From IMG/VR virus record IMGVR_UViG_3300021387_000529, positions 218,811 through 282,810 of that record: a stretch of 64,000 nt of DNA; one strand, written 5' to 3'. Positions 36,077 through 48,200 of the stretch are shown one piece after another. The notes under the pieces are model-generated. The model saw nothing but the letters and a program-made list of their open reading frames with translations. It had not been told where the DNA came from and searched no databases. A program made the translations under genes and the position numbers. This DNA comes from a virus (taxonomy: Duplodnaviria > Heunggongvirae > Uroviricota > Caudoviricetes). Within the stretch, counting starts at the first letter, position 1. Every line of letters starts with the position of its first letter.

Positions 36077-37252
36077 ATGGATTTTAAATTTTTTATCAAC
36101 AAAGAACAGATTGCAAGAATTAAAACTCTTCAAAACTTTATTAAAAAGCTTGAGTCAATTTCACCATTGAGCCAAACTCAGCTTTTTGTAATTGAAGATG
36201 ACAAGTTGACAATCTATGGTTATGGAAATGGTTCGCTTGGTTCTGGAAATATTCAGGCAACATTTGACTTGATTTCTGATAAAGAGAATGACAATTTTTA
36301 TTTCTCTTGTTCAATTGGAAACTTTGTCAAATTTCTTGAAAAAACAAAGTCTGACATCATTTCAGTAACCTTGAAAGACAGAACTTCATTGACAATTAAA
36401 GGCGAAAACACAAAGTCTGTTTTCAATCAGACAGTCCTTGCAACAGTTGATGCAGAAGTTGAAGAAATTAAAAAAGCTGTAGTAGAATATCCAACTTCAA
36501 ACTATTACAAAGCTTCAAAAACAATCAAGCTTTCTGGCTCAAAAGATACAATCTCAATTGCTTCACAGCTTCTTGCTCTTTTGAACACAAACAAGTTTTT
36601 AACAATCGGCAATAAAAACATTCGAGTTGCAGATGATTGTTCTATTATCGACTTGAAAACTGACATTGAAGACGAAGCATCACTTCTTAAAACAACTGCA
36701 AATCTTTTTGCAGATGTTGATGAGATTAAGTATTATAAAGATGACAATGGCTGTGCATGGATTTATGCTGATGTAGCTCAGTATGGAATTACACTTTATT
36801 TTGCTCAAGAGCCTGAAAACTTCCAGTGCCCAACTGATGCTGAAATTGAAGCTATGTCACCAAAAGACAAATATATCACAGTTTCTGTAAAAGTTGAAGA
36901 TTTGTTTAATGCATTTGATGAGTTCAAAGACGTTTTCAGCAATGACAGTTGGCAGTACAAGCAGGTTTCAATGGTTACAGATGTTAACGCAAGTCTTTTC
37001 AAAATGCATTTTGATGATATGGTAACATCAATTGAGACTGAGCTGCCTTTCACAATTGTTGAAAACAAAGAAGACGAGAATGAGTTTTCAATGACATTCC
37101 CATTCTTACAGTTGAATGTTCTTGAGCCAATTATCAGACAGAATGAAGTTTTAACATTCACATATTCTTCTCTTCCAGAAGAACCAATTATCAAAATTAC
37201 TGGAGACAAAAACTCATTTAATAACATTATCATTACAAAATTGATGGATTAA
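36077..37252 (+). CDS. hypothetical protein (391 aa); possibly a DnaN-like sliding clamp (weak)
   Basis: Shine-Dalgarno site atagaggaaaataATG. The length and alternating beta-rich pattern loosely resemble beta-clamps, and the gene lies next to the recombinase gene. No firm motif was found. Confidence 0.5.
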   Translation: MDFKFFINKEQIARIKTLQNFIKKLESISPLSQTQLFVIEDDKLTIYGYGNGSLGSGNIQATFDLISDKENDNFYFSCSIGNFVKFLEKTKSDIISVTLKDRTSLTIKGENTKSVFNQTVLATVDAEVEEIKKAVVEYPTSNYYKASKTIKLSGSKDTISIASQLLALLNTNKFLTIGNKNIRVADDCSIIDLKTDIEDEASLLKTTANLFADVDEIKYYKDDNGCAWIYADVAQYGITLYFAQEPENFQCPTDAEIEAMSPKDKYITVSVKVEDLFNAFDEFKDVFSNDSWQYKQVSMVTDVNASLFKMHFDDMVTSIETELPFTIVENKEDENEFSMTFPFLQLNVLEPIIRQNEVLTFTYSSLPEEPIIKITGDKNSFNNIIITKLMD

Positions 37253-37277
37253 AAAGTTTCTATTAAAAAACATTTTT

Positions 37278-37312
37278 GCAAGGTAGCTTGAGAAAGGCTA
37301 CCTTGTTTTTAT
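37278..37312 (+). terminator. rho-independent terminator
   Basis: caaggtagc-ttgagaaag-gctaccttg followed by ttttt. Confidence 0.65.
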
Positions 37313-37345
37313 TAATCTAAATTAGATAAAAGGAGAAATTTATAA

Positions 37346-38509
37346 GTGTCAGAAGCGTTTAGAAAATTGATGAAAAAAACGATAGCAGCTGCTCCAAGCT
37401 TGATTGGAGATGGTACAAAGTCAGCATTGAAATGGTGTCCGCTTGAGTCACCATTAATGACATACATGTTCGGTGGCGGTGTTCCAATTGGACGTATTAT
37501 TCGTTTCCGTGGCCCAAACTCAGCTGGTAAGTCTGCTGTTTGTACATATTGTGCAGCTGCCCTTCAAAAGCATCTTCCAGAGATTACAGGAAGACCTGAC
37601 CAGAAAGTCGTAATCTATGTAGACTTTGAGCGTACATTTGAAATGAAATATGCACAAACAATTGGTCTTGATACAAGCCCAGACTATTTTGTTCATTTGA
37701 AGCCTGAAACAATCGAAGATGCTGCAGAGTTCTTGGACGAAGCTATTCGTACAGGTGATGTCGCTGCTGTTATTTGGGACTCAGATGGAGCTTCACCAGT
37801 TCGTACGCAGATGAATGATGAGTTTGGTAAAGCAACTTTTGGTGGTTCTGCTCGTATTACAGCTGAATTTTTGAAGAAGTTCAACATTCTTTTTGCAGAC
37901 CGTGACATAACAACATTGTGGATCTCACAGGAACGCGCTAACATGAAACCAATGGCTCGTTTGCCACAGCCAACTGGTGGTGAGGCTATTCCTTTCTATT
38001 CTTCAATCATTTGTCGTATTACAAAGTCTGATGATATTAAAGACGCTGATGGTATTATTGGAATTGAGATGACAATCCGTGACATGAAGAATAAATGTTC
38101 TGTTCCATTCCGTCTTGCTGAAGGTGTTAAGCTTTTCTTTGATGGTGGTTTTAATGCTGATGCAGAATATATTGACTTCTTCTTGAAGCTCAACTTCATG
38201 GTTCAAAAAGGCGCATATTTCCAGTTTGACTTTGAAGGTGAGCACTATTCATTGCAAGGTCGTCAGAAGTTGATGGATTGGCTTTATGAGCACAAAGACA
38301 CATATGAAAAATGGAAGACTGATGTTAGAAACATGTTGAGTGGTCATATTGACGCTCTTGATAAAGACAATTATGCTGTCAATGAAGAGACTGGTGAAGC
38401 TTTGAATGAGGCTGACCAGAAGAAAGCTGAAGCTTATGCTCTTAAGACAACTGGTGGTAAAGTCGAAGATGAAACAGAAGCTACAGCTGATGAAGCATTA
38501 AAAGACTAA
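37346..38509 (+). CDS. RecA-superfamily recombinase (UvsX/RecA-like)
   Basis: GTG start after the Shine-Dalgarno site aaaggagaaatttataa. MTYMFGGGVPIGRIIRFRGPNSAGKSAV corresponds to the RecA GG(L/I)P.GRI.E..G...SGKT Walker A region. The 387-aa size is similar to T4 UvsX. Confidence 0.75.
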   Translation: MSEAFRKLMKKTIAAAPSLIGDGTKSALKWCPLESPLMTYMFGGGVPIGRIIRFRGPNSAGKSAVCTYCAAALQKHLPEITGRPDQKVVIYVDFERTFEMKYAQTIGLDTSPDYFVHLKPETIEDAAEFLDEAIRTGDVAAVIWDSDGASPVRTQMNDEFGKATFGGSARITAEFLKKFNILFADRDITTLWISQERANMKPMARLPQPTGGEAIPFYSSIICRITKSDDIKDADGIIGIEMTIRDMKNKCSVPFRLAEGVKLFFDGGFNADAEYIDFFLKLNFMVQKGAYFQFDFEGEHYSLQGRQKLMDWLYEHKDTYEKWKTDVRNMLSGHIDALDKDNYAVNEETGEALNEADQKKAEAYALKTTGGKVEDETEATADEALKD

Positions 38510-38515
38510 AGTTTT

Positions 38516-38546
38516 TCAAGCCGGCGAAAGCCGGCTAATTTTTTAA
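38516..38546 (+). terminator. rho-independent terminator
   Basis: agccggc-gaa-agccggct followed by aatttttt. Confidence 0.7.
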
Positions 38547-38549
38547 TAT

Positions 38550-39230
38550 ATGATTGCAGAAAGAGAATGGCTTAAAAAATATATTGGTTATGACACAAAT
38601 ATAACGCATCCTGTGACAATTTTGCATATGTATGATATGTGCAATTTACAATGCTCATGCTGTTATGTTAAACAAGGATGCTATATGGCAATTCCAAGTG
38701 GCACATTTTTGAGTGATGATGCATTACGAAATGTTGTAAAAGAGTCTGCTGAAAGAAATCAATGCATTTTTACAGGAATTGGTGAGCCATTTCTTTTTTG
38801 GGATAAATACACTAAACCAAAATTATTGCCATTATTAAAAGAATATGGCGCAAAATGTGTAATTTCAACAAATGGGCTTTGGGGAAATAATGATGATGTC
38901 ATTAACGACATTATTTCACTTGAGCCAGAATGCATAAACTTTTCTATAGACTATTATCATAAAGTACCTATTGAGAGTCTCAATCATGCTATAAAAATTT
39001 TATCGTCAGACTCTGTGAAAACTAGAATTTTTATGTCACAAATAACAGACAAAGAACACCCAATTGGGCATATCAAACCGATAAATTATGATAAACTTGT
39101 GAAAGTTGAATTTCCAATGAATAGAAACTCTAATTCAAATCAAGGACTTTCTTTTCATGATGCAGATGGACATATAATTTTTACATCAAAACCAACCACA
39201 AAAGAAAGCTCTCTCAATGTATTCGTTTAG
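38550..39230 (+). CDS. radical SAM protein (QueE/NrdG-like)
   Basis: MYDMCNLQCSCCY contains a CxxxCxxC cluster, and FTGIGEPFLF matches the GGEP-like SAM-binding motif. The protein is 226 aa. Confidence 0.55.
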   Translation: MIAEREWLKKYIGYDTNITHPVTILHMYDMCNLQCSCCYVKQGCYMAIPSGTFLSDDALRNVVKESAERNQCIFTGIGEPFLFWDKYTKPKLLPLLKEYGAKCVISTNGLWGNNDDVINDIISLEPECINFSIDYYHKVPIESLNHAIKILSSDSVKTRIFMSQITDKEHPIGHIKPINYDKLVKVEFPMNRNSNSNQGLSFHDADGHIIFTSKPTTKESSLNVFV

Positions 39231-39808
39231 TCTTCTACAGATGGAGTTTCTTCTTGTGTAGACTTTTCATCATTGTTAAACTCTTCTGTTATTGCATCAT
39301 CAACTGTTGAGTCTAATTGTCCTTCATTTATTTTCTGAATAACTGTAATGATATTTGTAATGGTTTTCATGAATTTTGGGTCACGAAGCAAATACATTTC
39401 TACCCAATCCATTGTAATTTTTCCTGGGTCCAAAAATGTCTTCACTTTATTCATGAATTTTTCATTTTCAGAAAGTGCTTTTACAAGCTCATCATTATCA
39501 ACAATCGCATCAATATTTGCCTGAATTTGGCCATGTTTATTTAGAATTAAAGAATTGTTATCAATATCAATAAAACGAGAATTTACCTTAAATTGTGACA
39601 TTAAAACTTTTTTGTCAGTTTGATTTTGTGGATGTGGAATTTCACTGTTTCCGAGAAGATTGACAAATGAACATGTGATAGAGTCAAGGTCTTCGTCTGT
39701 CAATTTTTTATTTACAGAAATTGTAAGGTCATCTGAATTTTTATAAAAACCATCTTTAAGAATAACCTTAAGCCAATTGAAAATTTCTTGTTTTGTTAGT
39801 AATGCCAT
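39227..39808 (-). CDS. hypothetical protein (193 aa), late class
   Basis: ORF with the box gcgACTAATTttttatt-ATG and no Shine-Dalgarno site. Confidence 0.55.
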   Translation of the reverse strand: MALLTKQEIFNWLKVILKDGFYKNSDDLTISVNKKLTDEDLDSITCSFVNLLGNSEIPHPQNQTDKKVLMSQFKVNSRFIDIDNNSLILNKHGQIQANIDAIVDNDELVKALSENEKFMNKVKTFLDPGKITMDWVEMYLLRDPKFMKTITNIITVIQKINEGQLDSTVDDAITEEFNNDEKSTQEETPSVED

Positions 39809-39817
39809 AATAAAAAA

Positions 39818-39845
39818 TTAGTCGCCCTTTCGGGCGACTTTTATT
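39818..39845. terminator. hairpin terminator (agtcgccc-tttc-gggcgact) serving minus-strand gene 39851..40048; it overlaps the box of gene 39808
   Basis: Stem-loop with flanking T-runs on both strands. Confidence 0.55.
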
Positions 39846-39850
39846 ATTGT

Positions 39851-40048
39851 TTATTGTTCATCATCATCGTCATTTCCGAATAAAACTCTATAAGCAGCTG
39901 ACAGTGCATCATCAACTTCTGTTACAGCGTCTTCGAGCTTGTTGTATTCATATCCATTTGTTCCAACTTTATCGTCAACGCTAATAAGAATATCAACAAG
40001 CTTGTCATGAATTTCTTCTGAAAGACTATCAAATGTTTCTTTATCCAT
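39851..40048 (-). CDS. small acidic protein (65 aa)
   Basis: ORF with an Asp/Glu-rich C-terminus (NDDDDEQ). Confidence 0.5.
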   Translation of the reverse strand: MDKETFDSLSEEIHDKLVDILISVDDKVGTNGYEYNKLEDAVTEVDDALSAAYRVLFGNDDDDEQ

Positions 40049-40051
40049 ATG

Positions 40052-41794
40052 TTAACCCCTCTGATTGATTTTATTCATCAATGAAAGAACAAACTTACCT
40101 GTAATCTTCTCAGCAACCTGTCTCTGAACTTCTTTATCTTCGATATTGAGTTCATGACGCATTGCATAAGAAGAAGCACCACGACACCATTCATTTGCCA
40201 TTTCTTCAAAAAGACGGAATGTAAACTTACGTCTGATTGTTACTTTACGACCAAACAATGTTGCGCCTGCATTGAATGCTTCAATAATACCAAGGAATGC
40301 TGTGTAAGCTGATTGTTTACCCCAGTCACGCATCCACTGTGGTCTTGAAGAGTAGTCTTCACCTTTACACAAACCACCCATTACAGTCTCAAGACGCTGT
40401 ACAAACTGTGGAAGTGTCAAAGAAATTTCACAACATTCACAACGGTCAGCAACAGCTGGAGAGATGTCTGTCAATTTCAAGTTTGAAATAAATACAACTG
40501 AAGAGTTGAAAATAAATGATGGCTCCATTGTGTATTCTGACTGTCCATCACCATCTGCATATTCATTTGCGTCATCATCATCTGTGTCAGCGAATACATC
40601 GTCATCTTCATCATCGAATGCTTCCTTCAATCTTGAAGTAGGACGAATCATATTTGTAAGTTCAAGCTTTGTTTTTTCATCAAGTTTAAACTGGTCAGCA
40701 ACAACACCGTTGATAGAATATTTGAAGAAACCTTCTTTAAGAGCTTCCATATCAATATCAACACGAGTTCCTTCTTTTGGAGCTTTTATTGTTGACTCAT
40801 TCAAACCAGAAATCATATCAAGCTGGGCTTGGAATTTGCTCATCATTGTTGTTGGAACAGATACAGGCTTTTTAAGAGCTGAAGGGTCAAGAACAGCTTT
40901 CATAAAGTTTTGTGTGTTCTGGTCACAAGCTTTCATAATAACTTTATCATTATCATCAAGAATAATGATTTCATTATCTTTGTGGAAGAAGAAGAATGGA
41001 ACAACTGATGTCATAGATGGAGACATAGCACCTGCAGAATAGAAAAGTTTCTTTCCAGACTGCCCAATATATTGTTCAATTACTTTACGAACTGTGTATG
41101 TTTTACCAATACCAGGGTCGCCTGCAATCATAGCATGGCGTTTGTCAGCAACACCAACAACGATTTCACGAACGATGTCTTCCATATCATCGAAAACTTC
41201 ATTTACGTCCTGAACACCTGGGGCATCAGCATATTTTTCAGACCAAGCTGCAAGTGTGTCAGACTGAACATAATTCTCTGCATCAAAGTCATCACCTCTC
41301 TTATATGGTCCGTCATCGTCATCAATGTCAGCATAAGCATTATTGCGAGCTGAAGAAGCTGTTCCGGCAAGCGCGTTGCCAACATCATCCTGGTCTACTC
41401 TTCCATTCTTAAGCAACCATTTTACGCCATCGATGTATTCTCTCTGTGAGCAATACTCACCTTTGCGGTTCTTTGAGTCTTCATAGAATGAAGAATTTTT
41501 GAAAGCGTCAAAAGACTTATCATCTGTACCACTTTGCAAAAAGTTTGTGATAGCATCATTTTTTGCTTCGATAAGTTTCTTCATCTGCAAATATCTGTTA
41601 ACTGTTGCTTCTTTTACAGGAGCAGTTGGCTCTTCTGTTGAAGCACTTCCATCCATTTCAGGGTCTTCACTTGCATCATAACCTGCTGTATTATTATTTG
41701 GGTCTGGAGCGAGGTCGGCTAATTCAACACCGTGGTTCTCTCCTTTCTCAATGTCTTTCAAGAGGTCTAATGCGCCTGCTTCAGAAATTCTCAT
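40052..41794 (-). CDS. AAA+ ATPase (580 aa) with acidic insertions
   Basis: Walker A IAGDPGIGKTYTV at about residue 220 and Walker B IIILDDND, with poly-Asp/Glu tracts. An AACTAATT box plus a Shine-Dalgarno site lie upstream. Confidence 0.6.
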   Translation of the reverse strand: MRISEAGALDLLKDIEKGENHGVELADLAPDPNNNTAGYDASEDPEMDGSASTEEPTAPVKEATVNRYLQMKKLIEAKNDAITNFLQSGTDDKSFDAFKNSSFYEDSKNRKGEYCSQREYIDGVKWLLKNGRVDQDDVGNALAGTASSARNNAYADIDDDDGPYKRGDDFDAENYVQSDTLAAWSEKYADAPGVQDVNEVFDDMEDIVREIVVGVADKRHAMIAGDPGIGKTYTVRKVIEQYIGQSGKKLFYSAGAMSPSMTSVVPFFFFHKDNEIIILDDNDKVIMKACDQNTQNFMKAVLDPSALKKPVSVPTTMMSKFQAQLDMISGLNESTIKAPKEGTRVDIDMEALKEGFFKYSINGVVADQFKLDEKTKLELTNMIRPTSRLKEAFDDEDDDVFADTDDDDANEYADGDGQSEYTMEPSFIFNSSVVFISNLKLTDISPAVADRCECCEISLTLPQFVQRLETVMGGLCKGEDYSSRPQWMRDWGKQSAYTAFLGIIEAFNAGATLFGRKVTIRRKFTFRLFEEMANEWCRGASSYAMRHELNIEDKEVQRQVAEKITGKFVLSLMNKINQRG

Positions 41795-41918
41795 GTGTAA
41801 TAATCTCCTTAATAAAAAATTAGTTGGCTTATTTTAAATATACCATTCAATATGTTATGCAAGGTCATTGAAAGTATTCATCATAAATTTTTTAGTCTCC
41901 ATTGTAAAAAATTAGTTT

Positions 41919-42245
41919 TTAAATAAACTTATCTAATATTACAAAGTCTTTTTTCTCAAAAAAATTTTTAAGAGGAACAAACTTTTTAATTTTAGATTTT
42001 TGAAATACCATAAAAATTGCAATCAGCTTTTGTTGTGTATTTATAGATAAATTTTTTAATAAAGTATAGTTATAAAATTTATTTTTTTCTAAAACACTAC
42101 ACAAGTATAAGAAAACTTTCTCTAATAGCTCATCATAATACCCATGAAAAGCATTACATTTAATGATATTTTGCAGAGCTAAATTTATATAATTTAACTC
42201 TGCATTGTCAGACTCTAACTCAAAATTAGTTTCCAGTTCCGTCAT
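41919..42245 (-). CDS. doubtful ORF in a very AT-rich gap (108 aa from the ATG at 42245)
   Basis: Open frame overlapping the giant gene stop by 20 nt with no Shine-Dalgarno site. The region has roughly 20% G+C and may be non-coding or regulatory. Confidence 0.25.
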   Translation of the reverse strand: MTELETNFELESDNAELNYINLALQNIIKCNAFHGYYDELLEKVFLYLCSVLEKNKFYNYTLLKNLSINTQQKLIAIFMVFQKSKIKKFVPLKNFFEKKDFVILDKFI

Positions 42246-45200
42246 CTGGTGGTGCGGCTTCTTCTGAGCGTTCTCCAATTGTGGCATCAATCTCTCCTTT
42301 TCTATATGCTTCTCCTAAAGAAGCAAGGCTAGTTTTAATTATTGGTTCAGCTAAACCTACTTCTGGGACCCAGTTACCATTAGGCAGATTTGCATATAAC
42401 GTTTCATCAATAAAATATTGAAGACTCATATTTTCAAGTAAGAATTCTTTCCATGCTGCAAAGTCTAATACTTTTTCAGTTATTGATGAACTTAGCTCAA
42501 CATTCATGTCTTCTCGTCCTTCTGTAGTAATAGTAAAATAGCCTGGAGCAGCAATTTCTTCACTTAAATACGGTTTAAATATTCTTGGCTTTTCAGGCCA
42601 GACTCTAATATTTGGAATAACAAAATAGTTTCTCTTGTATTCATTCAATTTATATTTGTGCGTTCCATTATCCTCATCAAGAACCATACCATATAATTCA
42701 AGATTATATCTTACTGGGTCATTATTTGTTTTTTCTACATCAACAACAATTACAGTGAAAGATGTTATCTCATATTCTTGTCCTTTAAATTTAAGCTTAA
42801 TCGCTCTTGAAGATGTGTCAACAATATTATAACGTGTAAATGATTTTAGCTCGATATTATTTGGAGACTTTGCAACATCAAGTTTAAGTGCTGATGGAGT
42901 AAGCGTATGCTGTAATTCTATGAGCTGTCTAATATTTTCAGAAGAAATCTCGATTTTTGAGTCAGGAATTGGCAATATCTGACCATTTATATATGAGTTA
43001 TCTCTGAACTTAAACTCATTAACAAATGTCGTTTCTTTGAAAATTTGTGGTCTAACATTTTGTGTATTGAACAAATATTCATTAAATTCAGTTTCAAATC
43101 TATCCGCTGCGCATCTTGTAGACTTTTTCAAAATAGGTGAACGAACAAATGCGTCTTTAACTGAGACCAAATTTCTTCTTAAAGGCTTAATATAATACTC
43201 TTTATAAGTATGGTTAAAATCACCTTCTGAATGAACAACAGACTTTTCTGAAGTAATATTATGGTCATGTGTAAAAGGCGTAAACTCTGCTGTTGCAGTG
43301 TTATCCGCATGTGTTTCTTTCCAATTTTCAAAACCAGAATTACCAATGCTTACAGTATGGTTAAATGTTGTCGGTGTAGTTGTAATATTTGATGTGCCTA
43401 AAAGAACATTTGCTGTTGTAGTTTTAAGCTCAATTTTTTGTTTGCTTAGTGTAACTACTGGTTTTGCAGACTCATTATTAGTTAAAGAAGGAGCAGATTT
43501 TGTGCCTTCAGATACTAAGTCGCTTCCTTTTACAGTTATTTTAACAGTCTTATTATTTGCTGTTGGTGAGAATGTCGCTGATATTGTTGGGGCGCTACCA
43601 GCAAGCTTAGCAGCAGTCCAAAGTTTGTTAATTGCGTCTTGAAGATTATTAAGTGTAATTGTTCCTCCAGAAGATACATCAACAGTTGTTGAATACTCTT
43701 TATCAGAAGTGCTAATTCCTTCAAGGAAATTATTAGAATTAAGTCCTAAACCGCTTTTGATGAATTTCTGTTCGCCAACTGTAATACCTGTAACGTATTC
43801 TGCTTTATCACCTTCCAATTTAACAGTCTTAATTACGTCTTCTTTATTTTGAGTAAATCCATACTGGTTTATTGTATGCGCAGACACATTTACAGTTAAA
43901 GACTTTTTATCATCTTTATTGTTATTATTTTCAGTCTTGTCTTCTATATAATGAACATACTGCTTACTTGATTTATCTTCATTGCAACTATCTACGGTAA
44001 CGTGCAATTGTTCTGTCTCACGAGTAGACATTAAAATAGAGTCTTTACTAATTGACGTTTCAACCTCTTGACTTGTATCTCCACCTTGTGAATTTACATC
44101 TTCTGGAATATTATCAGAAATTAAAACGTCATGTTTATATGAAGCAGCTGTAGAGTCGATGTCTTCTGTTAAGTTGCCATCTGTACCGTCACTAAAGAAT
44201 TCTTTTTCAAAGAAATAACCTTCAGTAAAACCACCTTTAGTTGGGTCTAACCAATCAATATCATTATTAAGATATTGGCTTACATATGAGAACTCATCGC
44301 TGAATTCAAATCCTGAAAGAGGCTTTCCAACGTTTTCTGGTTCAAGAACTTCACCAATCTGTGTCACATCTTTGAGTACAGTAGCTATATCTGCATATTT
44401 ATTAATTCTTTCAAAGAGTGTTTTATCAGGTATATGTGAGTCTCTTATATTTTTACTAAATACATTTTTTTCAATAAATGCTCGAACGTCCAAAGACTCT
44501 ATCTTTGCATCATCACCAAAAATAGACATATCATAGTCTTCATGGTCTGAACAAGAAATTATGTCATAATTCCAGCCTCTTTCGAGTGTATCGTCATCTA
44601 CAATTTCAATATGAGTTGTGTCTGTATCAAGCAAATTATATTTTTCAGATGAACTATAAACTTTTTTATCAATATAATCATTGAAATCACAACTATGTTC
44701 TTTTCCATTTCTGTCTACCCAAACAAGGTCATTATTCGCAATAGGTCTTTGCAAATATGGGAATGCTTGTTCATATTCAGATGAAAGTCCTGTAATTCCA
44801 TTTAAGAAACCAAAGAAAAATTTTCTTTTTTCTAAGTCTTTGCCACATGATGCATTGATCTTATTTAAGAAAAGGTTTACACTTGTATGATAAACTGGTC
44901 TTGCTAAACGATATGACAAACTTGACTCATATACACCATCAGCTTTTGCTTCTACTGTATAATGTTTTTTATCATGATAATCTGACCATGATGGGAAAAA
45001 GTTTTTAATGAATTGCTCATTAATTTTATCAGGATGACCAATAAGCTCAATAATTTTTCTAAATTCACTCGAGACATTTGTTACTTCTTCATATCCTTCA
45101 AAAAGAGAATCTACCCATTCTGCATCAATATCAGCTGAGTCAAAGTCACGCTCACGTGTAAGTTTTATTGAAGGGATTAAGTCTATTGAGTCTTTTTCAG

Positions 45201-48200
45201 GATTTTGTCCTGAAAAATGACAATCAGACGTTTGTCCCTTAGTTGGTAAATCAACTGGATGTTTAAGACTTTCTAAGTAAGTATTTATGTCAACATCCAA
45301 TCCGTCTTTAAACATTGGAACTGCAATGTCTGAATAGTCACCATTTGGTATGTCATAATAGATGTAACCTGTTTTTATTCCTTCAATAAAGTCATTATAC
45401 ACTGCAATTTCTTTTTCATAATCACTTTGTGTATATTTTTCTACTTTTTTCTCACCATTTTCGTAAGTTGTCTTGTCTCCTTGTAGTACATTAGTGTACA
45501 CTCCACCTTCGATGTTACCCAAAATTAAGAAGACATAAAGAGCATAAAATTGGATTGGCTCTGTGAGTTCAACAGAGCAAATTTTTCTTGAATATGCAGA
45601 TTTATTCCATCTTTTATATAATTTTGTTACAGTTTCATCTGACCACTCACCAATAATACTTTGATTTGAGAACTTAAATCCAGGGTCTTTTTGTCCAATT
45701 TTTAGTCCATAACCTGTAACAAATCTATCATTGTCAAATTCGAATGCTGAGTAAACTGAGTCAGTGTTTGAGCTATTTGAAAAAACCTGTATATTATCCA
45801 AACTTTTGAATGTTGGTATATTTCCAAAAGTCATATTTATAAATGACGCGATATGCGTTCTTTTCGGATTAAATGTTCCATCGTATCTAAATTGTGCTTT
45901 CATGAAAGACAATTTTATGATAATGTCATAAATTATTCCTTCAAGAGATTGTGGAGCAAAGGTTGCTTTCTGACCTTCATAAGGTGAGCCATCAGAAAAG
46001 AACTTATCAGGCTCATCAGCCATTACAACATATTTTTCACCATTTCCATTATCTACGACATAGTCGCCTGTTGCGTCACTAACACCAAAAATTGTATTAC
46101 CAAAGAAATTTTCTTCAAGTGTTACTCCAGTTCTTTCTTCCCATTTAGGGTCAATATTTATTGGCCATGAGAAAGGTGTTCCTTTATAAATTTCACCTTC
46201 AAAAGGTAAGTCAGTATTATAACCTTTACAGTTTTTTGAAAAAACAATATTTTTTGCTAAAGTAAAACTATATGAGTCATCAGCTCTTGTATAGTTTACA
46301 GGTCTATCGTAACGTGAGTTCATTGTGATGCGTGAACATGCTTTTATAATCTCTTGACATTTATAGTTTATCCATAATTGAGCAAGATGTGATATTCCAC
46401 CAGACTCTTTTAAAATATCTTTTAATTTTAGATTTCCTTTTGAAAAGTCATCATATGCATCTTCAATTGTTTTAAAATTACGTGTTGAAGAAGAAGCACG
46501 TTTTTTGCCATAGTCACTGTAGTTATCAACTAAAAGATTCAATAATAATGACTTAAAACCATTGTTTTCAGCAACAACGTCAAGGCTATCCAAATAGCTA
46601 TCAGTCTTATAGCTAATAAAGCCATTTTCATTCAAAAATTTCAAAAATCTTGAAATTCCTAAATCATCAACATAGTATGATAATTCTGTTTCGACATTTG
46701 CTTCTTTTGAGAATGCGCCAAAATAGTCATATCCGAATAAAAGTCTTTCAATCTTCAAAAGTCTTTCTTCTGTTTCTGTTGCTGCTCTTGACAAAAGTCC
46801 TAAAAATGACTGATAATCAATTCTTGAACGGAGAGACCAACCATCGTTTATTGCTTGCTTTATATCTGCATCAGACTTATCAACTGAAAGCTTATTTGTA
46901 GACTCATTAATTTTACCATTAAAAGTATCATCAAAAATTTTAAAAGAATATCCATTCTCCAAAAAGTCTGAAAGTCTATCTTTAATAATTGAAATTTTTT
47001 CTTTCCCAGATGTTGACTCATTAAAAATAGATGGATATAATACCTTAAAAATTCTTAATGCGCTCTTATCATATTCAACACCATGCTCATTTGTTGTGTC
47101 TTCTGCTGTGAATGACGCTTGGAATTGTGCATTTAATTTTGCAACTGGAACTTCACCAGACAAGTCATATTCCCATGAGATTTTCTTTTCATTCTCTCCA
47201 TCACCGATAATATAATCTTGTGTGAATATTTCTGTGTCAGAGTCTTTTCCACTTATAAGTCTATAAACTACGCCAGCTTTATTTTCACCATCTGTGTGTT
47301 TGAACTCAATACTACTTGAGAGCTCTCTTGTAAATCCAGATGAAGCATTTCCATCATCTTCATTTATATCAACTTTTCCACCGATATAGATTTTATCGCC
47401 TTGAATTACAAGGTTATTTGCTGAGTCAACCAATGGAGTCCATGGATTGAGTGCAGGATATTGATTCAAATAGATTGAGTTATACTGTGTTGGTCTACGA
47501 CGAACTGTTACATATAGCTGAATAGTTTTTTGAGCTTTAGTTCCTATTGGCCAAGTTACACCAAGACAATCTTCATTATTTACATTTTCAGGCTGAGTAA
47601 TCATATAAAGATATGTATTCTTTGACTCAGCTACAACTTGCCATTCAAATCCAGCAAATTTTCCATTTGGAAGCTGCCAAAAACCTGGTGAAATTATTTG
47701 TCCACTTTCTTTTTCCTGAACAATAATGTCATATGCTTCAATGTTCTGTCCATTATTGTCCATATATGCGCCAAGCTGTACAAGATTTGTAATATTTATT
47801 CTGAGGTCAGATGACTCTACTGTTCCGCCTCTAGTTCCAACTTTTTTGTAAGGAATATCCAATTGATAACACTGTTCTGGCCAAACATATGCTTGAGACT
47901 CAGGTGAGCCTTCTTTTGAATACTTTATTTGAGCAGCACATGTTTTACCGTCATCGATTGTATAATAAAGGTCTCTAAATTTCCAATATGTTGGTTTTGT
48001 TTTTGAAAGAATACCAGTTTCAGTATTCTCACCATAGAGTTCCCAGTTGCCTTCATTTACACGAGTGAATGGACCATTTTTATTTTTAGAGAATACAAAA
48101 ATATCTTTTGCATAACAATATGTAAGAAGTGGCGTCCAATCAATAGACTCACCATAAACAGTATGTACAGACTTATCGATTAAACAATATCCAGCATCTG

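Noticed and set aside
36077-37252. Calling 36077..37252 a sliding clamp, or 26374..27138 a second sigma factor.
   Set aside because: Only a vague length and pattern resemblance exists with no diagnostic motif. Both are left as hypothetical.
40464-41042. 192-aa Ser-rich plus-strand ORF inside the AAA+ ATPase gene.
   Set aside because: It is an antisense low-complexity artefact of the acidic poly-Asp/Glu tracts.
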